This document shows positions 1-9,000 of a DNA stretch of 40,960 nt, piece after piece. The stretch's first letter is position 1. Each line of letters opens with the position of its first letter. Location: positions 1-40,960 of IMG/VR virus record IMGVR_UViG_3300044728_000234; one strand, written 5' to 3'. The DNA comes from a virus. Its lineage: Duplodnaviria > Caudoviricetes. Made by a program: the position numbers and the translations under genes. The notes under the pieces were generated by a model. That model was not told where the DNA came from and did not search any database. It worked only from the letters and a program-made list of their open reading frames with translations.

Positions 1-127
1 CCGGCCAGGAGGGCGCTGGTCGCCGCCTCGCCGGCCTGCGCCCGGACGTCGGAGGCCTGCAGGTCGAGCGAGCGCTGCTTGCCCTCGGCTCCGGCCTCGC
101 CAAAGATGCCGCGCAGCTTCTCGCCCA
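1..127. repeat. Terminal direct repeat, copy 1 (circular-assembly overlap)
   Basis: 1-127 (ccggccagga...ttctcgccca) is identical to 40834-40960; an ORF reads through the junction. Confidence 0.97.
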
Positions 128-593
128 TTGCCGCCAGCTCGAGGTTGCTCTTGCGGAAGGAGAGCTGCCGCTTGGCGCTCTCGCCCATCATCTTGATGTT
201 CTCGATGTCGCTCTCGCCGGCGGCGAGGTTGCCACGGTCGATTGCGGCCAGCGAGTCCTGCCCGGTGGCAATGCCGCCGCGGGCGATCATGTCGATACTG
301 TTGGACTGGATGAGCCGGCTGATCTCGTTGCGCCGGGCAAGCTCCTGCTGGGCGGTGCGGATGCCGACCTCGGCGGAGGTGACGTCGGTCTGGGCGGCCT
401 GCAGCTGGGCCGCGCCGATCCGGACCTCGGTGCCCATGCTGGCGAGATTGGCCTCGATGGCGGCCTGTCGCTTGGCCTCGCCGATGCTGGCGGCAGCCCG
501 TCCGCCGGCGGCGCCTGCCGCACTCGCCTGTGCGGCGGTCTGGGCCACGGTCATGGCCGCCATGCCGGCCATCATGGCGATCTGGAAGCTCAT
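1..593 (-). CDS. Internal virion protein (T7 gp14-like position), 5' part; ~234 aa across the circular junction
   Basis: ATG at 593 abuts the tail tubular B stop; MSFQIAMMAGMAAMTVAQTAAQASAAG..., Ala/Gly-rich; continues in frame through the overlap to TAG at 40722-40724; missing from the ORF track. Confidence 0.8.
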   Translation of the reverse strand, partial: MSFQIAMMAGMAAMTVAQTAAQASAAGAAGGRAAASIGEAKRQAAIEANLASMGTEVRIGAAQLQAAQTDVTSAEVGIRTAQQELARRNEISRLIQSNSIDMIARGGIATGQDSLAAIDRGNLAAGESDIENIKMMGESAKRQLSFRKSNLELAAMGEKLRGIFGEAGAEGKQRSLDLQASDVRAQAGEAATSALLA

Positions 594-2519
594 CTAGACC
601 TCAACCTCGGTTTGTATGGTGGTGAGATTGAAGGGCAGCGGCAGCGGCGCGGTGATGACCGGGGCCTCGTCGGCGCTGACCCCGAGCAGCCACGCCTTGA
701 ACTTGCCGGTGTAGCGGTCGGGCGCGACGCCGGGGTCCTCGCTGGCGTTCGAGGTCGGCAGCTCGTTGCCGTTGACGCGGGCGCTCAGCGTCTCGACGAG
801 GGCCAGCGTTACCGACACGTTGCGCTTGGGCAGGCCCCAGCTCACGCCGTCGGGCAGCTGGACTTCCTGGACCAGCGGCTGGATCAGCGGCGTGAAGGAG
901 TGGCCGATCTCGATCTCGCTGATGGCTGTGTCGACGGTGATCATGCCGGCGCTGTCGACCGTGTACTGCCCGAGGTAGAGGTCGCCCGAGCAGGCATCGA
1001 CGGTGTGGCTGATGTGGTTGGGGAACGGCCCCCAGCTGGTGGTCGGGCTGCCGGCGGCGAGCTTGCTGGCGTAGTCCATGCGGTAGTTGCGGTCGAACAC
1101 CTGCAGGTAGCGCTCGGGCGCGCCGTGGTGCTGGACGACCGCCCAGATCTCGCGTTCGACCACGCCGATCGACTTGTAGAGCCCGTTGGTCGTCCACAGC
1201 ATCCAGCCGCCGACATTCTCGCGCCGCACCTTGCTCAGGACGGCGAGGCTGCCGTCGCCGTTGGTCACCACGGCGAGTGCCTCCTGCGCGGTCTCGGTCT
1301 CGATGGCGACGTCGAGCTCGATCGGCTCGCGGATATAGTCCTTGGCCATGAAGGTAAGAGCGTCGGACGAGTAGGACTGCTGGACGTCGTCGTAGACGAA
1401 CTCGCGGATGGCGTTGGCGGTCCGGCTGATGAAGATCGAGGTCTGGTCGAAGCGCTTGGCGTCGGCGTTGGCGATGCCGTAGGCGCTCTGCTGGCGCAGC
1501 GAGAAGTTGGCCGGGGTCAGCGCGCCGTTCTGCGGCGAGGGAGCATAGAACTCGCCGTCGGCGGTGTAGAGCTGGAGGTGGCGGAACGAGACCATGCGCT
1601 TGATCTCGGCGACGCGGTCCTGGGCTGCGATGAACTTGATGCCGTCGGTCGGCTGGCCGGTGCCGAGCCAGAAGTTCAGCGGGTCGTAGGTCGTCGATCC
1701 CCACACCGTGTTGGGCGTGTCGCGGCCGCCGCCGATGAACAGGCGCTGCTCGTGCAGGGTGGCGCAGCGGGCATAGCCGCGGGCGGCCGAGAACGCCTGC
1801 TCCTGCCAGTCGACCGTGGGATTGGTGTTGGGCAGCACGCCGTTGCAGTTGACCGTGACCTGGCCGGCGTTGAGGTAGGCGGTGACGTAGCACTGGACCT
1901 GATAGACCAGCATCCAGGTCCCGACATGGGCCGGCGTGAAGGCGGCGACATTGCTGGTCAGCGTGATCGAGCCCGGGCCGACGGCCGACGGGGTGACCTG
2001 CGAGTTGCCGGTGAAGAACTTCTGCATCGGCATGCGCGGCATGACGCCGGTGCCGGTGTCGAGGAAGCCCCACTGGATGGTGCCGATCGAGAAGGTGGTG
2101 GCCGAGGTGCGGACGATCTGGCGGGTCTCGAAGTCCTTGTGGAACACGAACATGGTGTCGAACGACTGGACGACGACGATCTCGCGGTTGGCGATCATGC
2201 CGGCGGTCCACGGCTGGCCGGTGTGAGCCTGCACGCCGGTGCGGGTCACCCGGTCGAAGATGTCGAGGCGGCCGGCCGAGAACAGGCAGACGTAGCTCTG
2301 GTTCTGCGAGAAGGTGAAAGCCTCGATCAGGTAGTCGGTGTCGTCGGCAAGGCGGACCAGCAGGGCCATGCCGTGCCGCCGGGTGGCGCCGCCCTGCGGC
2401 TTGATCGAGACGTTCTCGGCGCGGCGCACCGAGTTGCGCCAGACCTGCAGATCAAGTCTGTCCTTGGCGTCGCTCGAGATCGCCCCGCCGGTCAGGTTGG
2501 TCTGCAAAGTACGCAGCAT
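594..2519 (-). CDS. Tail tubular protein B / nozzle (T7 gp12-like), 641 aa
   Basis: N-terminal QTNLTGGAIS...ENVSIKPQGGATRRHG pattern; GYARCATLHEQRLFIGG; synteny after tail tubular A. Confidence 0.85.
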   Translation of the reverse strand: MLRTLQTNLTGGAISSDAKDRLDLQVWRNSVRRAENVSIKPQGGATRRHGMALLVRLADDTDYLIEAFTFSQNQSYVCLFSAGRLDIFDRVTRTGVQAHTGQPWTAGMIANREIVVVQSFDTMFVFHKDFETRQIVRTSATTFSIGTIQWGFLDTGTGVMPRMPMQKFFTGNSQVTPSAVGPGSITLTSNVAAFTPAHVGTWMLVYQVQCYVTAYLNAGQVTVNCNGVLPNTNPTVDWQEQAFSAARGYARCATLHEQRLFIGGGRDTPNTVWGSTTYDPLNFWLGTGQPTDGIKFIAAQDRVAEIKRMVSFRHLQLYTADGEFYAPSPQNGALTPANFSLRQQSAYGIANADAKRFDQTSIFISRTANAIREFVYDDVQQSYSSDALTFMAKDYIREPIELDVAIETETAQEALAVVTNGDGSLAVLSKVRRENVGGWMLWTTNGLYKSIGVVEREIWAVVQHHGAPERYLQVFDRNYRMDYASKLAAGSPTTSWGPFPNHISHTVDACSGDLYLGQYTVDSAGMITVDTAISEIEIGHSFTPLIQPLVQEVQLPDGVSWGLPKRNVSVTLALVETLSARVNGNELPTSNASEDPGVAPDRYTGKFKAWLLGVSADEAPVITAPLPLPFNLTTIQTEVEV

Positions 2520-3140
2520 CTAGTTCACCGGGCCGGGCATGATGCGGTTGGTCAGGAAGCGGCGCTGGCGCATCTTCTTGGGCGTCACCGACTGGGCATC
2601 GCGGTTGCGGGCGCGCACCAGCTGGAGCTCGTAGGAGCCTTCCATCGACTTGATCTGGTTGGAATTGCGGGTCACCGCGGCAGCCAGCATGGCGGCCAGC
2701 CGGAAGATCGCGCACATCTTGAAGGAGGGCGGCCAGAAAGCCTCGGCGACCCGAAAGCTGTACTCGGCAATCAGGCCCTCGTTGGCATCGACGTTGGCGT
2801 AGATGCGGTCGCCCATGACCTCGTACTTCACCACGTTGTCGCCCGAGCGGCAGGTGTGGATGTAGAACGGCGTGCCCTGCTCGAACGACGGTATGTGGAA
2901 GGCCGTCTCGTAGCGGTCGAGCGGCGGGTCGGGGTCGACCTCGAGGAGCTGCTGGCCGGTGCAGAACTTCCAGCGATGGGCTTCCGAGAGGTCGGAGACC
3001 ATCATCTCGTAGAGTGCCGAGCAGGCGACGACCTCGTCGCGTCCGAGCTCGGAGAATGACTGGAGCGGGCGCATGCCCAGCAGGACCATGGCGGCGGAGG
3101 CAACTTCCTCCGGTGTCTGGGGCAGCGGCAGATGCGACAT
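2520..3140 (-). CDS. Tail tubular protein A / adaptor (T7 gp11-like), 206 aa
   Basis: VASAAMVLLG..., HRWKFC, WPPSF...IFRLAAMLA pattern; size and position. Confidence 0.8.
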   Translation of the reverse strand: MSHLPLPQTPEEVASAAMVLLGMRPLQSFSELGRDEVVACSALYEMMVSDLSEAHRWKFCTGQQLLEVDPDPPLDRYETAFHIPSFEQGTPFYIHTCRSGDNVVKYEVMGDRIYANVDANEGLIAEYSFRVAEAFWPPSFKMCAIFRLAAMLAAAVTRNSNQIKSMEGSYELQLVRARNRDAQSVTPKKMRQRRFLTNRIMPGPVN

Positions 3141-3151
3141 CGGTCACCTCG

Positions 3152-3183
3152 CAAAGAGGGGCGGCCCGACAGCCGGACCGCCC
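3152..3183 (-). terminator. Probable intrinsic terminator after the capsid genes
   Basis: Minus-strand GGGCGGTCCGGC/GTCGGGCCGCCC stem with G-U pairs followed by CTCTTT; same position as T7 Tphi; U-tract is weak. Confidence 0.55.
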
Positions 3184-3196
3184 AGTCCCCTCGCTG

Positions 3197-3451
3197 CTAA
3201 GTGTACGACACGCTCTTGAGCAGGGTGACGGTCGTGCTGTTGGACAGCAGCACGGAGGCATCGAAGTGGGCCTCGGTGCCGCCGACCACGGCACGGACGT
3301 GGATGAAGTCACCGGGCACGAGATCGGCGTACATGGTGAGGAAGTAGTTGGCGGCCTGGATGGTCGCCACCGCGTCGGTCGACGAGTACGTCCAGTACTT
3401 GCCTGCACCACTCGAACCGACGAGGTGCATGTTGGAGCGAACGAGAGCCAT
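3197..3451 (-). CDS. Small virion protein (possible capsid decoration), 84 aa
   Basis: AAGGAG RBS; directly follows major capsid; beta-rich, TIQAANYF...LVPGDFIHV. Confidence 0.65.
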   Translation of the reverse strand: MALVRSNMHLVGSSGAGKYWTYSSTDAVATIQAANYFLTMYADLVPGDFIHVRAVVGGTEAHFDASVLLSNSTTVTLLKSVSYT

Positions 3452-3461
3452 CAGTATCTCC

Positions 3462-4283
3462 TTATGCGACCTTGAGGGACGCCTTGACGATGCCGTTGCC
3501 GTCGATGACGCAGGCGTTCATCTGCATCTTGTTGAGCGCCCACCACGCGGCACGGGTGCCTTCGTAGGTGATGCTCGAGTTGACGTCCTGACCCACGGCA
3601 TGGCCGATTGCCGAGCGGTGGAAGACGAAGTTGGTGGTGTTGGTGGCGCGGGCGTAGCCCGACCACGGCATCCACATGATCGACATCCAGCGCTTGGCCT
3701 GGGTGCCCCGCGGGAACGGCAGGTCGGCCTCGCCGACATACTGGCTGTTGGAGAACTGCTGGATGGCCAGCAGCTTGCCCCACTGCTCCCAGCCGATGAT
3801 GCCGTAGCGTTCGCCGTCGTCGGGCACCTCGGCATTGCCCATCTGGACCATGACGGAGGTCGCCCAGGCGAGCGAAGCGCCATTGGTTGTTTCATCGGCG
3901 GTGAGCAAAGCGTCGGTCGTCATGACATTGATGATCTGGTCGTCGGTCTTGCGGCCGAGCGCGTAGGCACCGGCGTTCATCGAGGCCTGCATCTCGTCGT
4001 GGTTGATGCGCAGCTCGTCGAGCTCGTCGATGAAGTCGCCGGCGTACCAGTCCTCGACCACCACCGAGACCTTGGTGTGGGCGTTGTTCATCGGCGGGAT
4101 GACGCCGTGGCGCGCCTTCTGGGTGGCGTTGCCCGTTCCGTACTTCTGGAACGTCGTCTTGTTCTTCACGCCGGAGCGCGAACGCACGCAGGCGCGGAAG
4201 ATCGAGCCCTTGCGCTGGTAGGCTTCGTGCACGCCGGCTTCGAACTCTTCGACGAAGGCGACGTCAATTGTCGGGGTTGGCAT
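3462..4283 (-). CDS. Major capsid protein, 273 aa
   Basis: IDVAFVEEFEAGVHEAYQRKGS; WYAGDFIDELDELR; AYALGRKTDDQII, typical of BPP-1/T7-like podovirus capsids; follows the scaffold. Confidence 0.9.
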   Translation of the reverse strand: MPTPTIDVAFVEEFEAGVHEAYQRKGSIFRACVRSRSGVKNKTTFQKYGTGNATQKARHGVIPPMNNAHTKVSVVVEDWYAGDFIDELDELRINHDEMQASMNAGAYALGRKTDDQIINVMTTDALLTADETTNGASLAWATSVMVQMGNAEVPDDGERYGIIGWEQWGKLLAIQQFSNSQYVGEADLPFPRGTQAKRWMSIMWMPWSGYARATNTTNFVFHRSAIGHAVGQDVNSSITYEGTRAAWWALNKMQMNACVIDGNGIVKASLKVA

Positions 4284-4403
4284 TGGGAACCGTCCTGATC
4301 AGAGAATTGATCGGTCGACGGTTGCTCCCCAGTACGCGGGCGGGTGCGAGTTGTTCCCGGAGGGCTCGTAAGAGGCTTGTGGGGCCGTGGCCTGGAGGTC
4401 TTT

Positions 4404-5369
4404 CTACCTCCCGGTACCGTTCTTTGACAAGGCGCGATAGCCGGCCCGCACGCGGGCGACGAAGGAGGGATCGACGCGGCCCTTCTCGCCGGTGTAGCGC
4501 GGGTCGCCCTGCATCTTCTTGAGCTCGTCGCGGCCCAGGGTCTCGCGGGGGATCGCCGTGGTGTCGTCGGTGATCTTGGGATGCCCCGCCAGCTCCATGA
4601 TCTCCTCGATCGCGGTGATCAGGCCGGCGGTTGCCGGCATGGTGGCGAAGGTCGCGTAGGTCTGCTCCGAGACGTTGCCCTTGAGGAAGCCGTCGACCCG
4701 GGCGTGGCGGGCGTCGGCGTTGGGCCCGAGCTTCTCGGCCTCGGCGCTCCACTTGGGCAGGGCGGCAATCTGGCGGGCGACATAGCCCCTGACATTCTCG
4801 TCGAACTGCTTCTGGGTCCACTGGTTGGCGTGGGCGACCTCACGGACGTAGTTCAGCATCGGGTCGTCGGTGATCATCTGGATCTGGCGGTCGCCGAGGA
4901 CGAACTTCTCCTCGACCTTGTAGTCTGCCGGGGTTGCCGGGGCGGCGCGGGTGCGCTCGTCCATGTAGCTGCGCTCGACCTCGGCGCGGACCTCCGAGTG
5001 CTTGCGCATCAGGGCGGAGTCGGCCTCCTTGTAGCTCTTGGTGAGCTTGGCGAAGTCGGGCCGGCCGGCCTTGTCCAGGAACTTGTCGGGGACGCCGAGC
5101 GGGTTCAGCCGTGCCCGTTCGGCAGCGGCGTCCTTTTGGCCTCTGGTGTGCTCGTCGCCGGCGTCGGTGTCGCTTTCGCCTGCAGTACGGTCAGGGCCTC
5201 CACTGCCCGGGCTGCCCTCCGCAGCTCGGCCAGCGCCCGGGCCGCCTGCTGGACTGCCCGGGTTGCCGCGAGTGTCCGCTGCTGGAGCGCCGCCACCATC
5301 CGCTCCCGGTCCTGCGGTGCCAGTATTGCCAGTGTCCTGCGCGCCATCGCTGCCTCCCGTGTCGCTCAT
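4404..5369 (-). CDS. Capsid scaffolding protein, ~321 aa
   Basis: Start moved to ATG 5369 (AGGAG RBS); low-complexity N-terminus, VPDKF...LTKSYKE, C-terminal MQGDPRY; upstream of MCP. Confidence 0.75.
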   Translation of the reverse strand: MSDTGGSDGAQDTGNTGTAGPGADGGGAPAADTRGNPGSPAGGPGAGRAAEGSPGSGGPDRTAGESDTDAGDEHTRGQKDAAAERARLNPLGVPDKFLDKAGRPDFAKLTKSYKEADSALMRKHSEVRAEVERSYMDERTRAAPATPADYKVEEKFVLGDRQIQMITDDPMLNYVREVAHANQWTQKQFDENVRGYVARQIAALPKWSAEAEKLGPNADARHARVDGFLKGNVSEQTYATFATMPATAGLITAIEEIMELAGHPKITDDTTAIPRETLGRDELKKMQGDPRYTGEKGRVDPSFVARVRAGYRALSKNGTGR

Positions 5370-5370
5370 G

Positions 5371-5610
5371 TCAGGGCTCCTGGGTCTGGCCGACGCGGCG
5401 GGTTCGCACCGTGCCACTGGGGCCGATAGTGCCCATGGTGCGGGTGTCGACGATCGTCATGTTGAGCGGGATGATGGCCGAGATCCCGGTGGTCTGCGGC
5501 CGGCGCGGGACCTGTCCCATGCGGGTGATGACCTGGGGCTCGGCGTAGGGCAGCTTCATGGCGATGTTGCCGGGGCTCTCGGCCAGTCCCTTGCGGGTAT
5601 AGAGGCTCAT
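5371..5610 (-). CDS. Hypothetical protein, 79 aa
   Basis: AAAGGA RBS; ATGA overlap with upstream gene; tiles the operon. Confidence 0.55.
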   Translation of the reverse strand: MSLYTRKGLAESPGNIAMKLPYAEPQVITRMGQVPRRPQTTGISAIIPLNMTIVDTRTMGTIGPSGTVRTRRVGQTQEP

Positions 5611-5906
5611 GGCTCGTTTCCTTTCGCGGTTCGCTGGACAAGCAGGCCGACCAGCCAGCGCTGGCCTTCCTTGTGCATCAGGGCGTTGGGCTCGACCTTT
5701 TCATCGAAAGCCACGTTCATGGTCAGGTTGCGCAGGTAGGCGAGCAGGCGCTGTCCGTCGGGCGTGCCCAGCACCTTGGCGCACAGCAGGTTGATGTCCT
5801 CGTCGGTCGAGCCGGTGTAGATGCGGCCGTCGGCCGCCTTGCGGGCATTATTGACGCTCGGCAGCTCGCGGTGCGGCATGCGCGGCTTGTAGGCGGCATC
5901 GCTCAC
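5607..5906 (-). CDS. Bbp19-like head-associated small protein, 99 aa
   Basis: LGTPDGQRLLAYLR...LMHKEGQRWLV motif; lies between portal and scaffold. Confidence 0.7.
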   Translation of the reverse strand: MSDAAYKPRMPHRELPSVNNARKAADGRIYTGSTDEDINLLCAKVLGTPDGQRLLAYLRNLTMNVAFDEKVEPNALMHKEGQRWLVGLLVQRTAKGNEP

Positions 5907-7639
5907 CCGGCTGCCCGCATGATGTCGGACTGCATCTGGGCCGCGCCCTCAGGTCCGGCCGGGCTGGTCGCCTGTGCCGCCTGCATGCCGGCCTGGGCCT
6001 GCGCCATCTGCGCCTTGATCTCCTCGTCGCTGCGGATCAGCGACATCGGCACGCCGTTGCGCTTGGCGAGGTAGGGGATGGTGGTCTCGCGCTTGAGCGT
6101 CATGCCGGCGGTGTTGGGGCCGAACAGACCGTCCATCTGGGCGCCCCACTGCATCAGCTCGTTGAGCTCGATCTGGTCCTGCCCGCGCAGCAGGGGCGAG
6201 CGGACGATCAGGCGCAGCATCTTGCCGTCGACCCGCATGCCGATGGCGTCGAGGATGCCCTGCTTCTCGAAGATGTGGATGGTGCGGTTGACGTGGTGGA
6301 CGAGGCACTCGTGGACGATGCGTGAGCCGGGGGCGGATAGGTCGCGGGCGATCTCGGCGAGGCGGGACTGGATCTCCATGGCCGAGCGCGGGGTCTTGCC
6401 GGGGGCGTCGAGCTCGTCGATGAACAGGCCCTTCTTGATGTTGGTGCGCTGGTCGCTGAGGATCAGCTGGGCGACGTCGAACTGGGCGGCCGACTGCAGC
6501 GGCTCGATCTTGCCCTCGCGGCTCTTGGGGATGAAGGTGCCGGGGGCCAGCGTGACGTTCTCGGGGTTGAACACGCCGTCGTCGTCGTAGGTCCAGACGC
6601 CGCCCAGGGCGAGCTCGGCGTTCTCGAGGATCAGCTGGACGGTGAGGTTGCAGGTCTTGATGGCGGGCATGACCAGCATGATGGCGCCGCGGCCCCACGC
6701 ATCGACCCCGACCTTGGACCACCGGGTGGTCGACCACGGGCATGAGCCCATGCCTACAAGGTCGTTCTCCCAGATGATGCCGTCCTTGTTGTATTCGGGG
6801 ATCACCACCAGCTGCTTGTAGCGGTACTCGGTCTTGCTGCTGTTGTCCCACGTCGCGGTGTGGACCTTGAGCTCGCGCCGCGGGTCGGCCTTGAGGTCGC
6901 GCATGAAGCGGTCGGGGAAGGTCGCGACGTTCCTGAACTCGGCGTGGACGTCCTCGATGGGCTGCTTGTCGCGCCACTGGAACCAGCCCTTCACCTTGCC
7001 GCCGGCGCCCGGCAGGATGGCGATGTGGGTCATCGGCACGGCCTTGAAGGTGACCTCGCCGGGGTATTCGCCGGGCTCCTGTGCGAGGTTCATGGTGCCG
7101 ATCGAGAAGTCGATCATGCCTTCGCTGATCTCGGTGCCGAAGTTCGAGTTCTGCCACGCCGTGTGGATCATCTCGGTCAGCATCTGGAGCTTGGACAGGC
7201 CCTCGACGCCCCTGAGGTGTTCGGGCACGTCGTGTCCGTAGGCGAGGCTGAAGATCTCGCCGGCTTCGGGGAAGAAGCCGCTGGTCAGGCGCGAGGCCAG
7301 CCGCGGGACACCGACCACGGCGGTCTCGTCGTAGATGAAGTCGGTGGTGCTCTGGCCGGGTGCGCTGTCGAAGAAGGCTTCGCGGTTGGGCAGCACGAGG
7401 TCGTAGATCGACTGCCACATGGGGATCCACGGCTGGCGGCGGCGCATCGCCTCCTGCTGGTATTTCTCCCACGTCTTGTAGAGGTCCCTGTCGGGCGGGG
7501 TCTTCACGGATGGCGTGATTTCGGTATCGACGTAGTCCTTCTTGGGAGCCGCTTCGGCCTTGCGCCGTGTCCGCTTGGGATAGGGCGGCTGGGGCGTCGG
7601 GCCGGGAGCGCCGTTCTGGGGAACGCGGGTTGCCATCAA
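5903..7639 (-). CDS. Portal / head-tail connector, ~578 aa
   Basis: WQSIYDLVLPNR, IYDETAV, RLASRL, RWSK...WGRG, SAMEIQSR motifs of T7 gp8-like portals. Confidence 0.9.
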   Translation of the reverse strand: MMATRVPQNGAPGPTPQPPYPKRTRRKAEAAPKKDYVDTEITPSVKTPPDRDLYKTWEKYQQEAMRRRQPWIPMWQSIYDLVLPNREAFFDSAPGQSTTDFIYDETAVVGVPRLASRLTSGFFPEAGEIFSLAYGHDVPEHLRGVEGLSKLQMLTEMIHTAWQNSNFGTEISEGMIDFSIGTMNLAQEPGEYPGEVTFKAVPMTHIAILPGAGGKVKGWFQWRDKQPIEDVHAEFRNVATFPDRFMRDLKADPRRELKVHTATWDNSSKTEYRYKQLVVIPEYNKDGIIWENDLVGMGSCPWSTTRWSKVGVDAWGRGAIMLVMPAIKTCNLTVQLILENAELALGGVWTYDDDGVFNPENVTLAPGTFIPKSREGKIEPLQSAAQFDVAQLILSDQRTNIKKGLFIDELDAPGKTPRSAMEIQSRLAEIARDLSAPGSRIVHECLVHHVNRTIHIFEKQGILDAIGMRVDGKMLRLIVRSPLLRGQDQIELNELMQWGAQMDGLFGPNTAGMTLKRETTIPYLAKRNGVPMSLIRSDEEIKAQMAQAQAGMQAAQATSPAGPEGAAQMQSDIMRAAG

Positions 7640-7667
7640 GCTCCCTCCGGTCGCTGCATGCTGCGCA

Positions 7668-7973
7668 TCAGCCGCCTACTTTCTGGCGCGGTCCGCCGAG
7701 CAGGCGATAGGCCTCGTTCTGCGGCACCCCGGCGCCGGCATAGCGGCGCAGCTGGTCCTGGGTGTTGGGACTGTCGGCCGGCGCGTCGTAGGTGAAGGAG
7801 CGCGGGTCCTCGGGGGTCGGCTCGAGCGTCTTGGCGGCCGGCGGGGTGTAGAACTCTGCCATCTGCTCGCGGTTCTGGCCCTCGGCCATCTTGGCGGCCT
7901 CGGCGTCGATGTCGTAGACGCCGTTGTCCTTCATCATCTTCTGGGCGACCGCATCGCCGAACGAGTAGCTCAT
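7668..7973 (-). CDS. Hypothetical protein, 101 aa
   Basis: Start ATG 7973 with GGAGG RBS (MSYSFGDAVAQ...); 3' part of track ORF 7668..8285. Confidence 0.6.
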   Translation of the reverse strand: MSYSFGDAVAQKMMKDNGVYDIDAEAAKMAEGQNREQMAEFYTPPAAKTLEPTPEDPRSFTYDAPADSPNTQDQLRRYAGAGVPQNEAYRLLGGPRQKVGG

Positions 7974-7974
7974 G

Positions 7975-8301
7975 TCAGCCTCCAAGCGTGAGCCCGGTGC
8001 CGAGCGGCCGTGAGTCGCCGTAGCCGGTGTAGCCGGCCGACAGGAAGCGCTGGATGCCGCCGCCGACCAGTCGCTGCTGGCGGCGCTGCTCCTCGTCCTT
8101 CTTCTCGGTTTCGGCCTTGGCGGCGACGCCGGCCTCGATGCCTTTGAGCCGCTCGGTCTCGGCGACGGCGACGTCGGTCTGGCGCTTCTGCTCGGCCAGC
8201 ATGGCATTGGAGTAGCGCCGGGCTTCCTGTTCCTGCGGGCTCTGGCCCGGCATGTAGTCGGGCATGCGCTCTGGCGTTCCACCACCGCTCAGGAAACTCA
8301 T
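7975..8301 (-). CDS. Small pre-portal protein, 108 aa
   Basis: MSFLSGGG start, coiled-coil middle, TLGG C-terminus; AAGGA RBS; typical position upstream of portal. Confidence 0.65.
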   Translation of the reverse strand: MSFLSGGGTPERMPDYMPGQSPQEQEARRYSNAMLAEQKRQTDVAVAETERLKGIEAGVAAKAETEKKDEEQRRQQRLVGGGIQRFLSAGYTGYGDSRPLGTGLTLGG

Positions 8302-8801
8302 GGGCTGGTATCCTTATGGAGGGAACCACCCTTATCGACCTTCGGCGGGTCGATGACAACCTTGGCGCCCTTTTCGACCAGCTCGCGCCACAGGCCAAGC
8401 GGGGTCCACGTCCGGTAGCGGAACGGCAGGCCGAGGATCTGGCGGGCGAAGGTCACGCAAGTGAGCGGCCACAGCCCGTTGCCCATGCGCGGCGGCGGCA
8501 GGATGCTCGAGCCCGGCCAGTGCAGCATGGCGCCCTCGGCGATGACGCGGCGATGGAAGACGGCGACCTGGTGCTCGTCGAGCAGCACGGTGACGGCTCC
8601 CATGAACGACCACTCGACGTAGAGCCAGCGGCTGGCGCCGATGTGGACGCTCTCGTAGGGCCTGAGCAGGAAGATGTGCTGGAACGGCGGCTTCATGGCG
8701 AACGGCCGCATCGTCCAGTGCTGCCAGCACGGCACGAAGCAGACCTGCCACGGCTGCTTCCACGGCCTGAGCGGGATGCCGGGCGTGATCCGCGGCGGCA
8801 T
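8298..8801 (-). CDS. Hypothetical protein, possible permuted papain-like (NlpC/P60-type) enzyme, 167 aa
   Basis: FQHIFLL (His) precedes PLTCVTF (Cys), followed by WTPLGLW; ATGA overlap downstream; function is inference. Confidence 0.55.
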   Translation of the reverse strand: MPPRITPGIPLRPWKQPWQVCFVPCWQHWTMRPFAMKPPFQHIFLLRPYESVHIGASRWLYVEWSFMGAVTVLLDEHQVAVFHRRVIAEGAMLHWPGSSILPPPRMGNGLWPLTCVTFARQILGLPFRYRTWTPLGLWRELVEKGAKVVIDPPKVDKGGSLHKDTSP

Positions 8802-8832
8802 CAGGCTCGCTGCGCTCGCCGCATGCTTCGCA

Positions 8833-9000
8833 TCAGCCCCGGATCGGCGGCCCGAAGACCTGCCAGCCGAGCAGGGCGAACAGGATGAACAGGAAGACGG
8901 TGCTGACGATCGCCCCGCCCGGTATCCAGCCCATGTGGGCGCCGACCAGGGAGAGCAGCCAGAGCAGCATCATCACCCAGTAGATCAGTCCGCGTGTCAT
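8833..9000 (-). CDS. Small two-TM membrane protein (holin-like), 55 aa
   Basis: MTRGLIYWVMMLLWLLSLVG...VFLFILFALLGWQVFGPPIRG; GGAGG RBS; ATGA overlap with terL stop. Confidence 0.7.
   Translation of the reverse strand: MTRGLIYWVMMLLWLLSLVGAHMGWIPGGAIVSTVFLFILFALLGWQVFGPPIRG

Noticed and set aside
1-127. 127-bp terminal repeat as a biological DTR
   Set aside because: It falls mid-gene and equals a common assembler k-mer; it indicates circularity, not virion ends
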